64,000 nucleotides of DNA from Mobula hypostoma (Eukaryota). The notes beneath the pieces are model-generated. The model was not told where the DNA came from, ran no database searches, and was given only the letters and a program-made list of their open reading frames with translations. The translations under genes and the position numbers were made by a program. Positions 61,996 through 64,000 of the stretch are shown piece after piece (within the stretch, counting starts at the first letter, position 1; each line of letters begins with the position of its first letter). Where the stretch lies: positions 27,096,001 through 27,160,000 of the forward strand of contig NC_086118.1 of assembly GCF_963921235.1 (NCBI RefSeq). Reading direction: 5' to 3'.

Positions 61996-62566
61996 AATAG
62001 AATCAGAATTACACCTGCATATCTTGAATGAATAATATCCTACTTTCCAATTCCAATTAAATATTACATTTGGTTACAAACAGAAAATATTAAATGTTGA
62101 CAATTTTGGCACTGATTTAACTCAATTTAATACCTTGATTGACCTGCATTACAAAGCACCCAGTTTAATTAAAGCACTATATCATTGCAAGGTTTAATGT
62201 GTAACTTAATAGTGACTGTATGTGTTGAATAAAATGAGGCATTCCTTGTAATTAAAACAAAGGGGAGTTGGATTGGGCTGTAGATTTGTAGCTTAACTTT
62301 CCTATACTTGTTTGTGTTTTTATAGAATCACTTGTACACATGTAATTTTTAGTGGTTACAATTTCCTTTGTATTTTTTGGGAAACTGGTTTCAGTGGGTG
62401 GGTGTCACATGATTTGAATCTGGCTATTTAATTGGTTAACTGTTATCTGCTGGAATTTCAATAGAATCAATGATCTGGTATAAGAAGACCAGACCAGTTT
62501 TGTTTGCTTTCTTTTTCTCTTCGTCTCTCAGCATGGTTCTCCCCTCGTTTCCTTTGTTGTAACTGT

Positions 62567-63189
62567 TGTGGACTGTGATTGAAGTCACAGGAGGGACACT
62601 GCAGCTGGTGATGTAGAAGTCTTTATTCGGCACACCAAATAGCATTCTCATGGAGACACCCTTGGTAGAGACTCTCAAACCCAAAGGTACATCACATTTT
62701 TATACCCTTAAGATTTAAGATAACAGTTGCTGGTACAATACAATTTCAATTGTTACAATGACATATTTTCCTTCAGTATTTTGGGTTGACAATGCTTCCT
62801 TTGAATTGCATATCTACAGTGATAGACGCCTCTGAATCCACAGATAGTCAAAAATCTTCTGAAGATAGAAATCCCAGACACCCAAAATTAATGCTGGCAG
62901 GGCTGTCTCTGAGAACACGAATATGTTAACAACACAAAAACTATTCATTCTCTATATCTGTGACAATGTTTGATATACTAAGTGACAGCACATGTCTGGT
63001 CTGCTGGTTTAAACTCAGTCACAATGGTGCAAATAGCATAGGCTGTGTTGCCTATTAATTGTTGCCTCAATTGTCTTAACATTTGGCTGATGCATATGTA
63101 ATCTCTTGGTTTGCAGAGCAGCCTGTGCTTTTAACTTCAATTTACTGCTTGCAATTTACAAAAAAACCTGAAGGCTAATTTTTTCCACA
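62567..63189 (-). mobile_element. Possible solo LTR
   Basis: TGTGGA...TCCACA termini, with minus-strand TATAAA (about 62700) upstream of AATAAA (about 62625). No clear TSD. Confidence 0.35.
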
Positions 63190-64000
63190 CCCTATTGCCT
63201 GGCCTGCTGAGTTCTCTAGCATTTTGTGTGTGTTGCTTGAATCTGCAGATTTTCTAGCATCTTCACAGTTTCTCTTATTTCTAAAGACTCATGTAAGCTT
63301 CCTGACCTTGTTTACATTTGCAATAAGAACTGAAGCTTGGTTCTCATTTTAATTAATATCTGCTATTTTTCACATAACTCTAGAATATTACATAACAGTA
63401 ACACTTAATAAAATGATCACAAGCAACAAGTTTATGCCTCATTCTTAACTTCCAAAAAACCTTCGGATCACAAAAACATCAGGATCCACAGGGGGAAATT
63501 GCTTTCTACAATCTGCTCTGGAATAAGGTAGTCAGAATCATATTTAAAAATTGAAATTTTGTGTATATATTTAAGAGTTAACATGCATGTTTTTCATTTA
63601 ATGTTTATTAAACTATGTAAAATTATTTTAATCCTTCTGTAAAAGATCAAACTTACAGTTTCTGAAGTTTTCACAATTAATGTAGCCAGCATGTGACATT
63701 GTATATGCTGCATTTAAAGTTTCCTGGAATGAACACATATGATGATCGACAGATACTTTTTTAATATAGGATGGATCAAAAAGAAACTTTTACATGGATG
63801 TTGTTTCCTACTTCAGCATGACAAGTGACAACCATCTGCATTTCTTAAGGTTCTTTGGTGACTTGAAATTGGAGCATAGCCGGACATGAAAAATGCATAT
63901 CTACATGTTTTAATGCAAAAGCAAACATTTCTGATGGAAGTTCTGCCCACCAGGCAACTGCCCTGAGCACATCAGGGAGTGATTTAGTTCAGTGTAATGG

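Overview
Repeat-dense eukaryotic DNA, intergenic or intronic. The repeat mix (CR1 LINEs, Neptune-type Penelope-like elements, V-SINE/HE1-like SINEs, Tc1 MITEs) fits a cartilaginous fish such as a ray or shark; that assignment is inference. I recognised no host protein-coding gene with confidence. The main elements are: a complete, young 4195-bp Ty3/Gypsy LTR retrotransposon of CsRn1/Kabuki type (10463-14657); a long Penelope-like element (about 3826-7075) and more than 10 shorter copies; many CR1 and Rex/Babar-like LINE fragments; a Tx1 fragment; two Hero/R2-like RLE LINE 3' ends; a hAT-Charlie derivative; three Tc1 MITEs; and several SINEs. The most interesting signal is RNA-level, with three kinds of predicted self-cleaving ribozyme on retroelements. 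(1) Minimal type I hammerheads sit in the Penelope pseudo-LTRs. (2) An HDV-like fold with a hairpin inserted in L3 begins at exactly the first base of a TSD-flanked non-coding RTE-like element. (3) A non-circularly permuted hammerhead-like motif, with covarying stems, occurs in the 3' UTR of two divergent Hero-like LINEs. All folds were paired by eye and none is tested. Boundaries without a TSD are approximate.
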